NCBI GenBank assembly: GCA_033763455.1
Contig: JANRKO010000037.1
Location: forward strand, 1-27,830
Direction of reading: 5' to 3'
Length of the DNA: 27,830 nucleotides
DNA from: Polyangiaceae bacterium
Lineage (GTDB): Bacteria > Myxococcota_A > Polyangia > Polyangiales > Polyangiaceae
In this document: positions 27,747 to 27,830 of the stretch, piece by piece
How the letters are laid out: each line of letters starts with the position of its first letter
Numbering within the stretch: position 1 is the first letter of the stretch
Notes under the pieces: generated by a model
The model's database searches: none
The model's input: the letters and a program-made list of their open reading frames with translations, nothing else
Told to the model about the DNA's origin: nothing
Program-made: the position numbers and the translations under genes

Positions 27747-27830
27747 TGATGGAAATAAAAGCATCGGAGTGCGTGTTTTCTCGGGGTTCCTCCAAGAACG
27801 CTCGAAAGAAACGGCACTCCGATGCGAGAA
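27690..27830 (+). mobile_element. Probable left end of an insertion sequence inserted in hsdS (runs off the window)
   Basis: HsdS-like sequence ends at CTAG (27690-27693), then A/T content rises. A perfect 12-bp inverted repeat covers an ATG at 27822 (M-R-E...). The transposase itself is not visible. Confidence 0.5.
27761..27825. repeat. Inverted repeat / long stem-loop
   Basis: GCATCGGAGTGC (27761-27772) and its exact reverse complement GCACTCCGATGC (27814-27825), with further imperfect pairing inside. Confidence 0.9.

Overview
High-GC, gene-dense bacterial DNA. The many Cys-lipoproteins with long Gly/Ala/Ser/Thr linkers suggest a myxobacterium (Polyangiaceae/Sorangiineae-like); this is inference. 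From 5' to 3': (1) a putative iron/metal-uptake operon made of a delta-60/DUF5122 beta-propeller lipoprotein, an imelysin-like lipoprotein, an HTTM/vitamin-K-dependent gamma-carboxylase-like membrane protein and a FecA-like TonB-dependent receptor, followed by a c-type cytochrome lipoprotein with one intact and one apparently degenerate heme motif; (2) a fused ABC exporter; (3) a GT-C-like membrane protein plus two SAM methyltransferases; (4) DUF1697, an OsmC-like protein and a secreted alpha/beta-fold protein; (5) a C-type lectin lipoprotein; (6) a ChoD-like GMC oxidoreductase divergent from an EEP phosphoesterase lipoprotein, a beta-barrel-like protein and an unknown lipoprotein; (7) an alpha/beta hydrolase; (8) a Type I restriction-modification locus (hsdR-hsdM-hsdS). 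The hsdS gene appears to be cut at the start of its second TRD, at a CTAG followed by a probable insertion-sequence end at the window edge. The most interesting items are the carboxylase-homolog uptake operon and the single-TRD truncated HsdS. No rRNA, tRNA or CRISPR array was seen. Family assignments are from motif recognition only; no searches were run.
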